Part shown: in pieces, positions 1-8,324 of the stretch | Numbering within the stretch: position 1 is the first letter of the stretch | Layout of the letters: every line of letters begins with the position of its first letter | NCBI GenBank assembly: GCA_050287865.1 | Contig: JBNKCS010000003.1 | Coordinates: 1,711-25,710 of the forward strand | DNA length: 24,000 nucleotides | Origin: Rhodocyclaceae bacterium | GTDB taxonomy: Bacteria > Pseudomonadota > Gammaproteobacteria > Burkholderiales > Rhodocyclaceae | Reading direction: 5' to 3' | Position numbers and translations under genes: made by a program | Notes under the pieces: model-generated | Seen by the model: only the letters and a program-made list of their open reading frames with translations | Databases searched by the model: none | Told to the model about the DNA's origin: nothing

Positions 1-416
1 GGCCGCTGGTTTGCCGTCCCGCGACGGCGTGCCCGACGGCCCGAAGCGGCGTCGGCGGCGCCCTCCCGGAACGTTGTCATCTCCCCGTCACCTCCCGGAA
101 ATCCCGAGGTAATGCCGAGATGGCGAGGGTAGTGTCAGCCGCTGGACAGTTGATTGTCGCGGCAACACCCCACGGAGCAGCCCCGAGGGTATGTCGCTCG
201 CCCGAAGCAGCGATACTACTTGATTGCGCGTAGCACAGGCACAGACGATTTCCCGACGTCGATCCCCGAAGCGGGTTGACCGACGCCGGACAGGAAAACA
301 ACGACAACCGTTTGCCGACAGGCCCATGACCCTGCCAAATATTTCGCAGACTTAGTCAGTCGCCACCGCTTGATTCAAGCGGTGCGTCGTCGTGCCCTGC
401 CCGCGCGGGAGCACAC
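1..416 (+). promoter_or_regulatory. Long non-coding leader / 5-prime UTR region upstream of rne (promoter not located)
   Basis: No credible ORF on either strand; the 76-79 aa minus-strand ORFs have no protein-like sequence. There are several short GC hairpins, e.g. GCCGTC-ccgc-GACGGC at 13-28. CCCGAAGC occurs 3 times (40-47, 201-208, 265-272). Long autoregulatory rne leaders are established in other Proteobacteria. Confidence 0.45.
364..384 (+). promoter_or_regulatory. Perfect 10-bp inverted repeat CACCGCTTGA-t-TCAAGCGGTG, 33 nt upstream of the rne ATG
   Basis: Read directly from the sequence. Candidate leader hairpin or operator; function not established. Confidence 0.35.
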
Positions 417-3122
417 ATGAAACGCATGCTGTTCAATGCGACGCAAGCCGAGGAACTCCGCGTCGCGATAGTCGATGGTCAGAAACTGATCGACCTCGAT
501 ATCGAGTCGGCCGCCAAGGAACAACGCAAGAGCAACATCTACAAGGCCGTCATCACCCGCATCGAGCCCAGTCTCGAAGCAGCCTTTGTCGACTATGGTG
601 CGGAACGCCACGGCTTCCTGCCCTTCAAGGAAGTTTCCCGTTCCTATTTCCGCTCCGATGCGGATGCCGGTCGCGCCAAGATCCAGGACGTCCTCAAGGC
701 CGGCCAGGAACTGATCGTCCAGGTTGAAAAGGACGAGCGAGGCAACAAGGGCGCGGCGCTGACCACCTTCATTTCCCTGGCAGGACGCTATCTGGTTCTG
801 ATGCCGAACAATCCTCGCGGCGGCGGCGTTTCGCGTCGTCTCGAAGGCGAAGATCGCCAGGAACTCCGTGAAGTCCTCGACCAGGTGGAAGTGCCCAGCG
901 GGATGAGCCTGATCGTGCGCACCGCCGCAATCGGCCGTACCGCGGAAGAACTGCAGTGGGACATGAACTACCTGCTGCAACTCTGGACGGCCATCGACGG
1001 CGCTGCGAAAGCGCAATCCGGCGCATTCCTGATCTACCAGGAATCCAGCCTGGTGATCCGTGCGATTCGCGACTACTTCCAGCCCGACATCGGCGAAATT
1101 CTGATCGACACGGATGACATTTACGAGCAGGCACAGCAGTTCATGGCCCACGTGATGCCGGGGAACGTGGCGCGCGTCAAACGCTACAGCGACGACGTGC
1201 CACTGTTCTCGCGCTTCCAGATCGAACATCAGATCGAATCGGCCTATTCCCGCCAGGTCAATCTTCCCTCGGGCGGCGCCGTGGTCATCGACCATACCGA
1301 AGCGCTGGTGGCGATCGACGTCAACTCCGGACGTTCCACCAAAGGCTCCGACATCGAGGAAACCGCGCTGCGCACGAACCTCGAAGCCGCCGACGAAGTC
1401 GCCCGGCAACTGCGTCTGCGCGACCTGGGCGGCCTGATCGTGATCGATTTCATCGACATGGAAAGCACGCGGAGCCAACGGGAAGTGGAGAACCGCCTGC
1501 GCGACGCACTGCGCTACGACCGTGCCCGCATGCAGGTCAGCAAAATCAGCCGCTTCGGCCTGCTTGAGCTTTCCCGCCAGCGTCTGCGCCCCGCCCTGGC
1601 AGAGACAAGCTACATCACCTGCCCGCGTTGTACGGGTACCGGCCACATCCGCTCGACCGAATCGGCGGCACTGCATATCCTGCGCATCCTCGAAGAGGAA
1701 GCGATGAAGGAAAACACCGGCGCCATCCACGCGCAGGTTCCCGTCGATGTCGCCACCTTCCTGCTCAACGAAAAGCGGGTCGATATCGCGCGTGTCGAAG
1801 TTCGCCACCGGATCAACCTGATGATCGTGCCGAATCGCCAGTTCGAGACGCCCCAGCATGAAATCGTCCGTTTCCGTCACGACCAGCTCAATACCGAGGA
1901 TTTGACCGTTCCCAGTTATCAACTGGCGGCAAAGGCCGCAGAGGAAGCGGAGGAATCATCGTCGGCGCAAGCGGAAGCACGCCCGCCAAGGCAACAGGCC
2001 GCCGTGAAAGGTATTACGCCAGACCAGCCGGCCCCGATCGTTCAACCCAAGCCGGAACCGGTATCTGAACCCGTCGCGAAACCGGGCATCATCGCCAAGA
2101 TCTTTGGTTGGTTCAGCGGCAACAAAGTTGCCGTCGCCCCTCAACCGGAAGCGAAGCCGGCAAAACCGGCCCGCCGCGAGCGTGGCGAGCGCAACGGCCG
2201 TGACCGAAATCGGAATCGGCGCGATCGCGACGGTCGCGAAGAGCGCCAGGGTCGCGATCAGGGAGAACGCAAGGAGCGTTCGGACGGTTCACCGCGCGGC
2301 CAACAATCACGCCGCGGAACCGCCGAAACCCAGCCACGCGAGGGCGGCCGCCGTGGTCGTGGCCAACGAGGCGAACCACGCGAAGAGCAGCGCGACGAAC
2401 AGCGTGCAGGCGAACCGCGTCCGCCCAAAGCGCCGAGGAATGAAGGCGGCCTGACCGGCTCGCCCGAAACCACCAGTCCGGCGCAACCAAAAGCAACAGC
2501 AGAGGGCAACGGAGAAGGTGGCCGCCGTCGCGGCCGCCGGGGTCGCGGACGTGGCGAAAAGCGCGAAGGCGTCGCACCAACCGCCACCGCGCAGGACACT
2601 TCCGCTCTCGAAGCTCGCATAGCCGAGCCGGCTAGCCACGAAAGCGCAGCGACCGAACCCGTTGTCGCAGCCCGCCCGATGCCGTGGCCTGTGCCAATGC
2701 CAATGCCCATCGCAACGCCGCCCGTGGAACCGACCTCGCCTGCGGAACCTCCCGTGGCCCCGGTGGAAGCAATCGCACCTCCCGTGACGGAAGAGCAGGA
2801 CGTCGTTACACCGGTCGTCGAGATGGCCGTCGAAGTATCGCCGGAACTCCCGATCGCGCCGGTCGTTGCGGCTGAGCCGGAACCAATGCCTCCCTTGACG
2901 CCTGTCGAGACAGCCGAACCGGAGCCAGTCAAGCCCGTGGCGCCGGTCGACCTGTCCATCAACCTCAAGGAAAGCGGACTCGTGCTGGTCGAAACGGCAG
3001 CCAATAGCCTTGCCGCCGCCGCACCGATCGAAATATCCAAGCCTCAGTTGGGACGCAAGCCGAAGCCACCGGTGATCGTACCCGATGAACCGCTGCAGAT
3101 GGTCGAAACGCGGCACGACTGA
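417..3122 (+). CDS. rne: Ribonuclease E
   Basis: 901 aa. N-terminus [30 protein letters not shown] (S1 domain start typical of RNase E/G). Zn-link CPRCTGTG. Long Arg-rich then Pro/Glu-rich disordered C-terminal half typical of the degradosome scaffold. GGGAG RBS upstream of the ATG. Confidence 0.95.
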   Translation: MKRMLFNATQAEELRVAIVDGQKLIDLDIESAAKEQRKSNIYKAVITRIEPSLEAAFVDYGAERHGFLPFKEVSRSYFRSDADAGRAKIQDVLKAGQELIVQVEKDERGNKGAALTTFISLAGRYLVLMPNNPRGGGVSRRLEGEDRQELREVLDQVEVPSGMSLIVRTAAIGRTAEELQWDMNYLLQLWTAIDGAAKAQSGAFLIYQESSLVIRAIRDYFQPDIGEILIDTDDIYEQAQQFMAHVMPGNVARVKRYSDDVPLFSRFQIEHQIESAYSRQVNLPSGGAVVIDHTEALVAIDVNSGRSTKGSDIEETALRTNLEAADEVARQLRLRDLGGLIVIDFIDMESTRSQREVENRLRDALRYDRARMQVSKISRFGLLELSRQRLRPALAETSYITCPRCTGTGHIRSTESAALHILRILEEEAMKENTGAIHAQVPVDVATFLLNEKRVDIARVEVRHRINLMIVPNRQFETPQHEIVRFRHDQLNTEDLTVPSYQLAAKAAEEAEESSSAQAEARPPRQQAAVKGITPDQPAPIVQPKPEPVSEPVAKPGIIAKIFGWFSGNKVAVAPQPEAKPAKPARRERGERNGRDRNRNRRDRDGREERQGRDQGERKERSDGSPRGQQSRRGTAETQPREGGRRGRGQRGEPREEQRDEQRAGEPRPPKAPRNEGGLTGSPETTSPAQPKATAEGNGEGGRRRGRRGRGRGEKREGVAPTATAQDTSALEARIAEPASHESAATEPVVAARPMPWPVPMPMPIATPPVEPTSPAEPPVAPVEAIAPPVTEEQDVVTPVVEMAVEVSPELPIAPVVAAEPEPMPPLTPVETAEPEPVKPVAPVDLSINLKESGLVLVETAANSLAAAAPIEISKPQLGRKPKPPVIVPDEPLQMVETRHD

Positions 3123-3137
3123 CCGATGATCGACGCC

Positions 3138-3176
3138 AAACGGCCGCCCGATGAACCGGGCGGCCGTTTGTTTTTC
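3138..3176. terminator. Bidirectional rho-independent terminator between convergent rne and the phosphatase gene
   Basis: 13-bp stem AAACGGCCGCCCG / CGGGCGGCCGTTT (3138-3150 / 3157-3169) with loop atgaac. It is followed by GTTTTT on the plus strand and preceded by an A-run that gives a U-run on the minus strand. Confidence 0.7.
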
Positions 3177-3646
3177 TAGATTCGTTGCCGGATGTGATCC
3201 ACCAGTCCCTCGCACGCGTCCTCGATCATGTCCAGCACGCGTTCGAAACCGGCCGGACCGCCGTAATAAGGGTCCGGTACCTCGTCCTCCTGGGTATGCC
3301 GAGCGTAGTCGAGCAGCAATCCAAGCCGGTGCTGCTCCTCTTCCGGACACGCGTCGCGCAGCATGGCGAGATTGTCGCGATCCATGGCCAGTATCAGATC
3401 GAATCGCAAAAAGTCAGCCGTGGCGACACGCCGAGCCCGCAGTTTGCCCAACTCGTATCCGCGCTCGGCGGCCACTTTCCGGGAGCGGGGATCGGGAGGC
3501 TCCCCGACATGGTAGGCATGCGTTCCCGCCGAATCGATCTCCACTTCCTTGCTCAATCCGGCACGTTCGATTTGGGCGCGAAGCACGCCCTCGGCAGTCG
3601 GCGAACGACAGATATTGCCCATGCATACCACGAGTACTCTGAACAT
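3176..3646 (-). CDS. Low-molecular-weight protein-tyrosine phosphatase (arsenate-reductase/LMW-PTP fold)
   Basis: 156 aa from ATG at 3646 (MFRVLVVCMGNICRSPTAEG...). CX5R(S) P-loop CMGNICRS and D-loop VPDPYYG. AGAGGAA RBS. The longer 488-aa ORF in the track is an upstream extension antisense to the idh gene. Confidence 0.9.
   Translation of the reverse strand: MFRVLVVCMGNICRSPTAEGVLRAQIERAGLSKEVEIDSAGTHAYHVGEPPDPRSRKVAAERGYELGKLRARRVATADFLRFDLILAMDRDNLAMLRDACPEEEQHRLGLLLDYARHTQEDEVPDPYYGGPAGFERVLDMIEDACEGLVDHIRQRI
3410..3433 (-). repeat. Copy 1 of the 24-nt element (minus strand reads CGGCGTGTCGCCACGGCTGACTTT)
   Basis: Exact match to the consensus. Lies inside the phosphatase CDS in sense orientation, encoding RRVATADF. 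Shares an identical 23-mer (AGTCAGCCGTGGCGACACGCCGA) with copy 3. Confidence 0.85.
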
Positions 3647-3835
3647 GATTCCTCTAACAATCCGACGACTTTTCCGTGAAAACCCGACGCCAACGCTAGT
3701 TGCTACCGAATTCGGAATAGAATAGCAACCGATGATGTGGCGATCAGTACGAGTTATGCAACCGCGATGTTGCGCCGCCACACCGCTCAGACTTGGGCGG
3801 ACCAATAATAATCGACTGAAGCGGAGTCCCCAACA

Positions 3836-4873
3836 ATGAATGAACAGAAAGTCATTCCTGCGACACTGATTCCCGGCGATGGGATCGGTCCGGAAATCAC
3901 CGACGCAACCCTCATGGCACTCGATGCGCTTGGTGCTCCTTTTGAATGGGACCGTCAAACCGCCGGCGCAGCAGGCGTCGCGGCTTGCGGCGATCCACTG
4001 CCGTCCGCCTGTCTCGACAGCATCCGCCGGACCCGTTTGGCACTCAAGGGGCCGCTGGAAACACCGGTCGCCGGCGGCTATCGCTCCTCCAACGTCCGCC
4101 TGCGCGAGGAATTCAAGCTCTACGCCAACCTCCGCCCCGCGCGCACGATCGTTCCTGGCCGCTTCGACAACATCGATCTCGTCCTCGTGCGTGAAAACAA
4201 CGAAGGCCTCTATATGGGCTACGAGCATTTCATCCCGATCGACGGCGACCCGCATGCCGTCGGGATGGCCACGGGGATCAACACGCGCCAAGGCTGTCGC
4301 CGCATCTGCAAGTTCGCCTTCGAGTATGCCCTCGGACAAGGTCGCAAAAAAGTTACTGTCGTACACAAAGCCAACATCATGAAAGCGCTGACAGGTATCT
4401 TCCTGGAAACGGCGCGACAGATTTATGCCGAAGAGTACAAGGACAAGTTCATTTTGGAGGAAGTCATCGTCGACGCCTGCGCGATGAAACTGGTCATGAA
4501 TCCCTGGCAATTCGACGTGCTGGTGACGACCAATCTGTTCGGCGACATCCTTTCCGACGAAATCGCCGGTCTGGTAGGTGGCCTCGGCATGACGCCGGGA
4601 GCAAACATCGGCGAGCAGGCGGCGATATTCGAAGCCGTACACGGCTCCGCGCCGGACATCGCCGGCAAGGGCATCGCCAACCCTATCGCGCTAATGCTGG
4701 CCGCCGCGATGATGCTCGACCACGTTGGCCGTCTCGACCTGGGCAACCGGCTGCGTAAAGCGATCGACGAAACCCTGAACGTCGATCAGTTGCGCACTGG
4801 AGATCTGGGCGGAAAAGCCTCGACCGGCGAGTTTGCCGCCGCGCTGGTCAAGAGAATACAGGCCGGAGCCTGA
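3836..4873 (+). CDS. Isocitrate dehydrogenase, short IDH3-like (probably NAD-dependent) member of the isocitrate/isopropylmalate dehydrogenase family
   Basis: 345 aa. Motifs GDGIGPEI, SSNVRLREEFKLYANLRP, VHKANIMK and NLFGDILSDE are family signatures. Size and motif pattern resemble ~340-aa NAD-IDH rather than LeuB. Cofactor and substrate specificity are inferred. Confidence 0.72.
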   Translation: MNEQKVIPATLIPGDGIGPEITDATLMALDALGAPFEWDRQTAGAAGVAACGDPLPSACLDSIRRTRLALKGPLETPVAGGYRSSNVRLREEFKLYANLRPARTIVPGRFDNIDLVLVRENNEGLYMGYEHFIPIDGDPHAVGMATGINTRQGCRRICKFAFEYALGQGRKKVTVVHKANIMKALTGIFLETARQIYAEEYKDKFILEEVIVDACAMKLVMNPWQFDVLVTTNLFGDILSDEIAGLVGGLGMTPGANIGEQAAIFEAVHGSAPDIAGKGIANPIALMLAAAMMLDHVGRLDLGNRLRKAIDETLNVDQLRTGDLGGKASTGEFAAALVKRIQAGA

Positions 4874-4885
4874 TTCCAGAGGGCG

Positions 4886-5533
4886 CTAACGCCCCGTCGC
4901 GGCGATTCTGGTTCTGATTAGGCTGGCAATTTCGCTGTTGCCAGCCTTTTCGGCCAGTTCAACCGCGGTATTCCCCCGCAGATCGCCAACGCGCGCGTTT
5001 GCGCCAGCGTCCAAGAGGATCTTCACGATCATCCGGTGTCCGTTCCGTGCGGCGAGCATCAAGGCGGTGTTGTGATTGGGCGCACGGGCATTTACCTTGG
5101 CGCCCCAGGCGATCAGATCTCGGGCAATTTCATCATGTCCATTAAAGGCAGCGTAGTGGAGTGCCGTCCAGCCCGGACCATCGACCGGAACACCCCAGTG
5201 GAGCAAGCGACGAACCGTCGACTGGCGCCCATTGAGCGCAGCCAAAGCCAAAGCCGTATCTCCATATCTATTCTGTTTCAGTGCGTTAGCGTGATTTGCT
5301 AACAAGAAGTCTAGAAGTTCGTCGTTGCCATTGGTTGCCGCCATCATGGTGAGCGTGGTACCGGAGTGGTCGGCCGTGTCGATGTCCACTCCACGCTGCA
5401 CAAGGTCCACGACGGCTGTCGTCCTGTCATTGAGAGCTGCCGCAACGACGTCCTCGTAAGCGCCCGCGTGCGCCGCTCCCGCGCACCACAAAACCGCCAG
5501 AACACCCAGCCGGAAAATCATCGTTTTGAACAT
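4886..5533 (-). CDS. Secreted ankyrin-repeat protein
   Basis: 215 aa from ATG at 5533. Sec-type signal peptide MFKTMIFRLGVLAVLWCAGAAHA/G. Several tandem ankyrin repeats follow (e.g. GWTALHYAAFNGHDEIARDLIAWGA, NTALMLAARNGHRMIVKILLDAGA). The start is 2 nt after the tatD stop. Confidence 0.85.
   Translation of the reverse strand: MFKTMIFRLGVLAVLWCAGAAHAGAYEDVVAAALNDRTTAVVDLVQRGVDIDTADHSGTTLTMMAATNGNDELLDFLLANHANALKQNRYGDTALALAALNGRQSTVRRLLHWGVPVDGPGWTALHYAAFNGHDEIARDLIAWGAKVNARAPNHNTALMLAARNGHRMIVKILLDAGANARVGDLRGNTAVELAEKAGNSEIASLIRTRIAATGR
4920..4951 (+). terminator. Rho-independent terminator for idh, embedded in the 3-prime end of the convergent ankyrin CDS
   Basis: GGCTGGCAA (4921-4929), 8-nt loop, TTGCCAGCC (4938-4946), then TTTT. 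It lies 48 nt downstream of the idh stop. Confidence 0.6.
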
Positions 5534-5535
5534 TT

Positions 5536-6306
5536 TCAGTTCAGAACGACCCCGAAAAGACGACAAAAGTTCGCGGTGGTAGCCTCGGCGACGGCTTCGA
5601 ACGAAATCGACCTCAACTCGGCAATGTGCTGCGCGACATAGCGGACATATCCGGGTTCGTTCAATTTCCCCCGATACGGGACCGGTGCCAGATAGGGAGC
5701 GTCGGTTTCTACCAGCAGTCGGTCCAGTGGAAGTTCGGCGGCAACCTTCTTGAGTTCGCTCGCGTTCTTGAAGGTCACAATCCCGGAAAAGGAGACATGA
5801 AAGCCAAGGTCGAGGGCTTTCCGGGCGGTCGCCATGTCCTCCGTAAAACAATGAAACACACCCCCGACTTCGCCCGCGCGCTCTTCCTCAAGAATGCGCA
5901 GCGTATCTTCCTTCGCTTCCCGAGTATGGACAATCAAGGGCTTGCCGGTGATTCTGGCGGCCTCGATATGAACCCGAAAGCGTTCGCGCTGCCATTCCAG
6001 ATCGCCTTCAAGCCGATAGTAATCGAGCCCGGTTTCTCCGATAGCCACTACCTTCGGATCTTCGGCCAGACGAACCAGCGTCGCTACATCGACTTTCGCT
6101 TCCTGAGCTGTATCCGGGTGAACACCCGCTGCTCCGTAAATGTTCGGGTGGGAATGGACTATCCTGAGCACTTCCGGAAAGCGATCCAGCGTCACCCCGG
6201 CGCACAGTGCGGCGCCGACGCCCGCCGCCGCCATGCGATCGAGAATATGCGGCAAATTGGCCGCCAGCTCCGGAAAATCCAGATGACAGTGTGAATCAAC
6301 CAGCAT
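5536..6306 (-). CDS. TatD-family metal-dependent hydrolase/DNase (YcfH-like)
   Basis: 256 aa. MLVDSHCHLDF HxH motif and full-length TatD pattern. Position downstream of holB matches the E. coli tmk-holB-ycfH order. Confidence 0.9.
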   Translation of the reverse strand: MLVDSHCHLDFPELAANLPHILDRMAAAGVGAALCAGVTLDRFPEVLRIVHSHPNIYGAAGVHPDTAQEAKVDVATLVRLAEDPKVVAIGETGLDYYRLEGDLEWQRERFRVHIEAARITGKPLIVHTREAKEDTLRILEEERAGEVGGVFHCFTEDMATARKALDLGFHVSFSGIVTFKNASELKKVAAELPLDRLLVETDAPYLAPVPYRGKLNEPGYVRYVAQHIAELRSISFEAVAEATTANFCRLFGVVLN

Positions 6307-6311
6307 GCGGT

Positions 6312-6686
6312 TCAGAGGGTGTGGGTGGCGCGAGAGGAACTCAAATGACCGCCCAGGATGCCCTCGATTTTCTGCTGCACCGCCAGTCCGCTTTCATCAT
6401 TGGCAAACTGCACGCCGATCCCCTGCGCCTTGTTGCCTTGGCTGCCTTCAGGCGTCATCCAAACAACGCTTCCCGCGATGGGCAAACGGGCAGGTTCGTC
6501 CATCAGTGTCAGCAGAATGAATACTTCGTCGCCAAAGGCGTATTCGCGCGTGGTCGGAATAAACAGCCCACCCCGTTTGAGGAACGGCATATAGGCCGAG
6601 TAGAGGGCCGATTTTGAATTGATATTCAAGGAGAGGACGCTGGGCTTCGCGCCAGCGCTCTTCGATGCGGGTGCCGAATCGCTCAT
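6312..6686 (-). CDS. pilZ: Type IV pilus assembly protein PilZ (PilZ-domain protein)
   Basis: 124 aa. LSLNINSKSALYSAYMPFLKRGGLFIPT...GDEVFILLTLMDEP...VVWMTPEGSQGNKAQGIGVQF closely follows the Pseudomonas aeruginosa PilZ pattern. Its start overlaps the holB stop as ATGA, as in the Pseudomonas tmk-holB-pilZ cluster. Confidence 0.85.
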   Translation of the reverse strand: MSDSAPASKSAGAKPSVLSLNINSKSALYSAYMPFLKRGGLFIPTTREYAFGDEVFILLTLMDEPARLPIAGSVVWMTPEGSQGNKAQGIGVQFANDESGLAVQQKIEGILGGHLSSSRATHTL

Positions 6687-7726
6687 ATTCGTTCGCTCGC
6701 CAATGCACGCAAGTAACGCTCGGCGATATCCTCGAAGAATAACTGCGGGTTCAACGGATGGGACGCCAGTGACCGAGCTTTCATCAGTTCATTGTAACAA
6801 CGTAACAGGGCTCCCGCAGAAGCGTGGCCCGCCAGTTGACGAAGCGCATCCGCTCCACCACCGAGACGCGTGCGACCGGCCAGCTTGAAAAGAAGCAGAT
6901 CGAAGACCCACTTCTGGACCGTCTCGACAAAGGCCTGCATCGACAGTCCCCCATCGCTTTTCGGCTGCAATTGGGTCTGCCACCGCGCGGCCAATGCCAA
7001 AGGATCCCGGCCGGGATCCGCCAGGCTCGCCAGAACGCCGAGGTAAATCGAACCGCGTCCCGATTCGCTTGCCGCATGCGCCAGCAACGGTGCGTTACCA
7101 AGTAACGGCAGCAGCTTGATCGCCGTCTCGTCCCGTGTCTTGAGCCACGCCCGCGCTTCGCTTGACGAGGGACGGGGTAGCGGCAATTTCCGGCAGCGGC
7201 TCCGTATGGTCGGAAGAAGACGTCGCCAATGGCACGATATCAATATAAAATAAACACTTGACGGAGGTTCTTCGAGTATTTTAAGAAGAGCGTTCTGAGC
7301 CGGCTGATTCATGGCATCGGCGGGTTCCACGACGACCACGCGCGCACCGCTACGGTGTCCTCCGATAAAGACGAAGTCCTCCAAGGCCCGAATCTGGTCA
7401 ATCAAAATCTGCCGACTACCCGGCTTCTTGCGCTCCCCCTCCGAAGCCGTGCCTTCTATATCGACGTCGGCTTCGGGAATGACATGCCGAAAATCGGGAT
7501 GGTTGCCCGATGCAAACCAGCGGCAGGACGGACAGTTCCCACAGGCATCGCCCGAAGATGGCGTTTCGCACAAGAGCCGCGCCACCATCGCCATGGCGAA
7601 ACGACCCTTGCCTATTCCCTCCGAACCGGTAAGCAACAAGGCATGGGGCAAGCCGCCCTCGCCTGCCCAGAGCCGGCCCCATACGGGGTCGTGCCATTTA
7701 TATTGTTTTATATCAGATTGTTGCAA
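6683..7726 (-). CDS. holB: DNA polymerase III subunit delta-prime
   Basis: 347 aa. [12 protein letters not shown]-loop-like motif, CGNCPSCRW zinc module and [11 protein letters not shown] box. The start overlaps the tmk 3-prime end by 14 nt, so the exact start is somewhat uncertain. Confidence 0.85.
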   Translation of the reverse strand: MQQSDIKQYKWHDPVWGRLWAGEGGLPHALLLTGSEGIGKGRFAMAMVARLLCETPSSGDACGNCPSCRWFASGNHPDFRHVIPEADVDIEGTASEGERKKPGSRQILIDQIRALEDFVFIGGHRSGARVVVVEPADAMNQPAQNALLKILEEPPSSVYFILISCHWRRLLPTIRSRCRKLPLPRPSSSEARAWLKTRDETAIKLLPLLGNAPLLAHAASESGRGSIYLGVLASLADPGRDPLALAARWQTQLQPKSDGGLSMQAFVETVQKWVFDLLLFKLAGRTRLGGGADALRQLAGHASAGALLRCYNELMKARSLASHPLNPQLFFEDIAERYLRALASERI

Positions 7727-8324
7727 TTATTTTTTCAAGTGATGCTTGAATTTCGCTAACGGACCGTGAGGCATCTACAAGCTGAATTCTGCCTCCACTT
7801 GCGGCGGCTCTCGCCAGATACTCGTCGCGAACGCGAGAAAAGAAATCCTGCTGTTCCCTTTCAAAGCGATCCAGATCCCGCCCCATGCCGGTCACGCGAC
7901 TCCTTGCCACATCGGGCGATAAATCGAACATCAGCGTCAAGTCCGGCTGCAGACCGTTCTGTACCCACTTTTCCAGGATTTCCAGCTTGCCTCGCTCCAA
8001 GCCGCGACCACCGCCTTGATAGGCAAAACTCGCATCCGTGAACCGGTCGCAGACCACCCAGTCGCCGCGCGCCAGCGCCGGGGCGATGACTTGGGCAATA
8101 TGCTCCCTTCGCGCGGCGAACATCAGCAGCGCCTCCGTTTCCAGATGCATCGAGTCGGCTAAAAGCAGCGCCCGCAGCTTCTCGCCCAGCGGCGTTCCAC
8201 CAGGCTCGCGGGTCTGAACCACGACGTGGCCGCGTGAGCGTAGTGTATCGACCAGCCAGGTCAAATGCGTGCTCTTGCCCGCCCCATCCAGGCCTTCCAG
8301 GGTAATGAACCGCCCGTGCGCCAC
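7713..8324 (-). CDS. tmk: Thymidylate kinase
   Basis: 203 aa. [15 protein letters not shown]-loop and full-length Tmk pattern. GTG start immediately after the mltG stop. Confidence 0.93.
   Translation of the reverse strand: MAHGRFITLEGLDGAGKSTHLTWLVDTLRSRGHVVVQTREPGGTPLGEKLRALLLADSMHLETEALLMFAARREHIAQVIAPALARGDWVVCDRFTDASFAYQGGGRGLERGKLEILEKWVQNGLQPDLTLMFDLSPDVARSRVTGMGRDLDRFEREQQDFFSRVRDEYLARAAASGGRIQLVDASRSVSEIQASLEKIIATI

Noticed and set aside
375-1922. 515-aa ORF on the minus strand
   Set aside because: It lies entirely antisense to the clearly recognisable rne catalytic domain. The sequence is low-complexity and Arg/Gly/Ala/Val-rich, typical of shadow ORFs in high-GC DNA, with no recognisable motifs.
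2104-3350. Multiple overlapping ORFs (116-347 aa) and apparent short repeats in the rne 3-prime half; considered as a possible tandem repeat or CRISPR-like array
   Set aside because: The periodicity comes from Arg-rich and Pro-rich low-complexity coding sequence. There are no regularly spaced identical repeats with unique spacers, and the plus-frame RNase E reading is continuous.
3647-4642. N-terminal 332 aa of the 488-aa minus-strand ORF 3176-4642
   Set aside because: This part is antisense to the idh CDS and crosses the 189-bp intergenic region. The phosphatase family starts at MFRVLVVCMGNICRSP (ATG 3646) with a good RBS, so only 3176-3646 is called.
7002-7019. Perfect 18-bp palindrome GGATCCCGGCCGGGATCC inside holB
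   Set aside because: It encodes the symmetric peptide D-P-G-R-D-P within a continuous holB frame. It occurs once and has no flanking signals. It is probably incidental, though it is a real palindrome.
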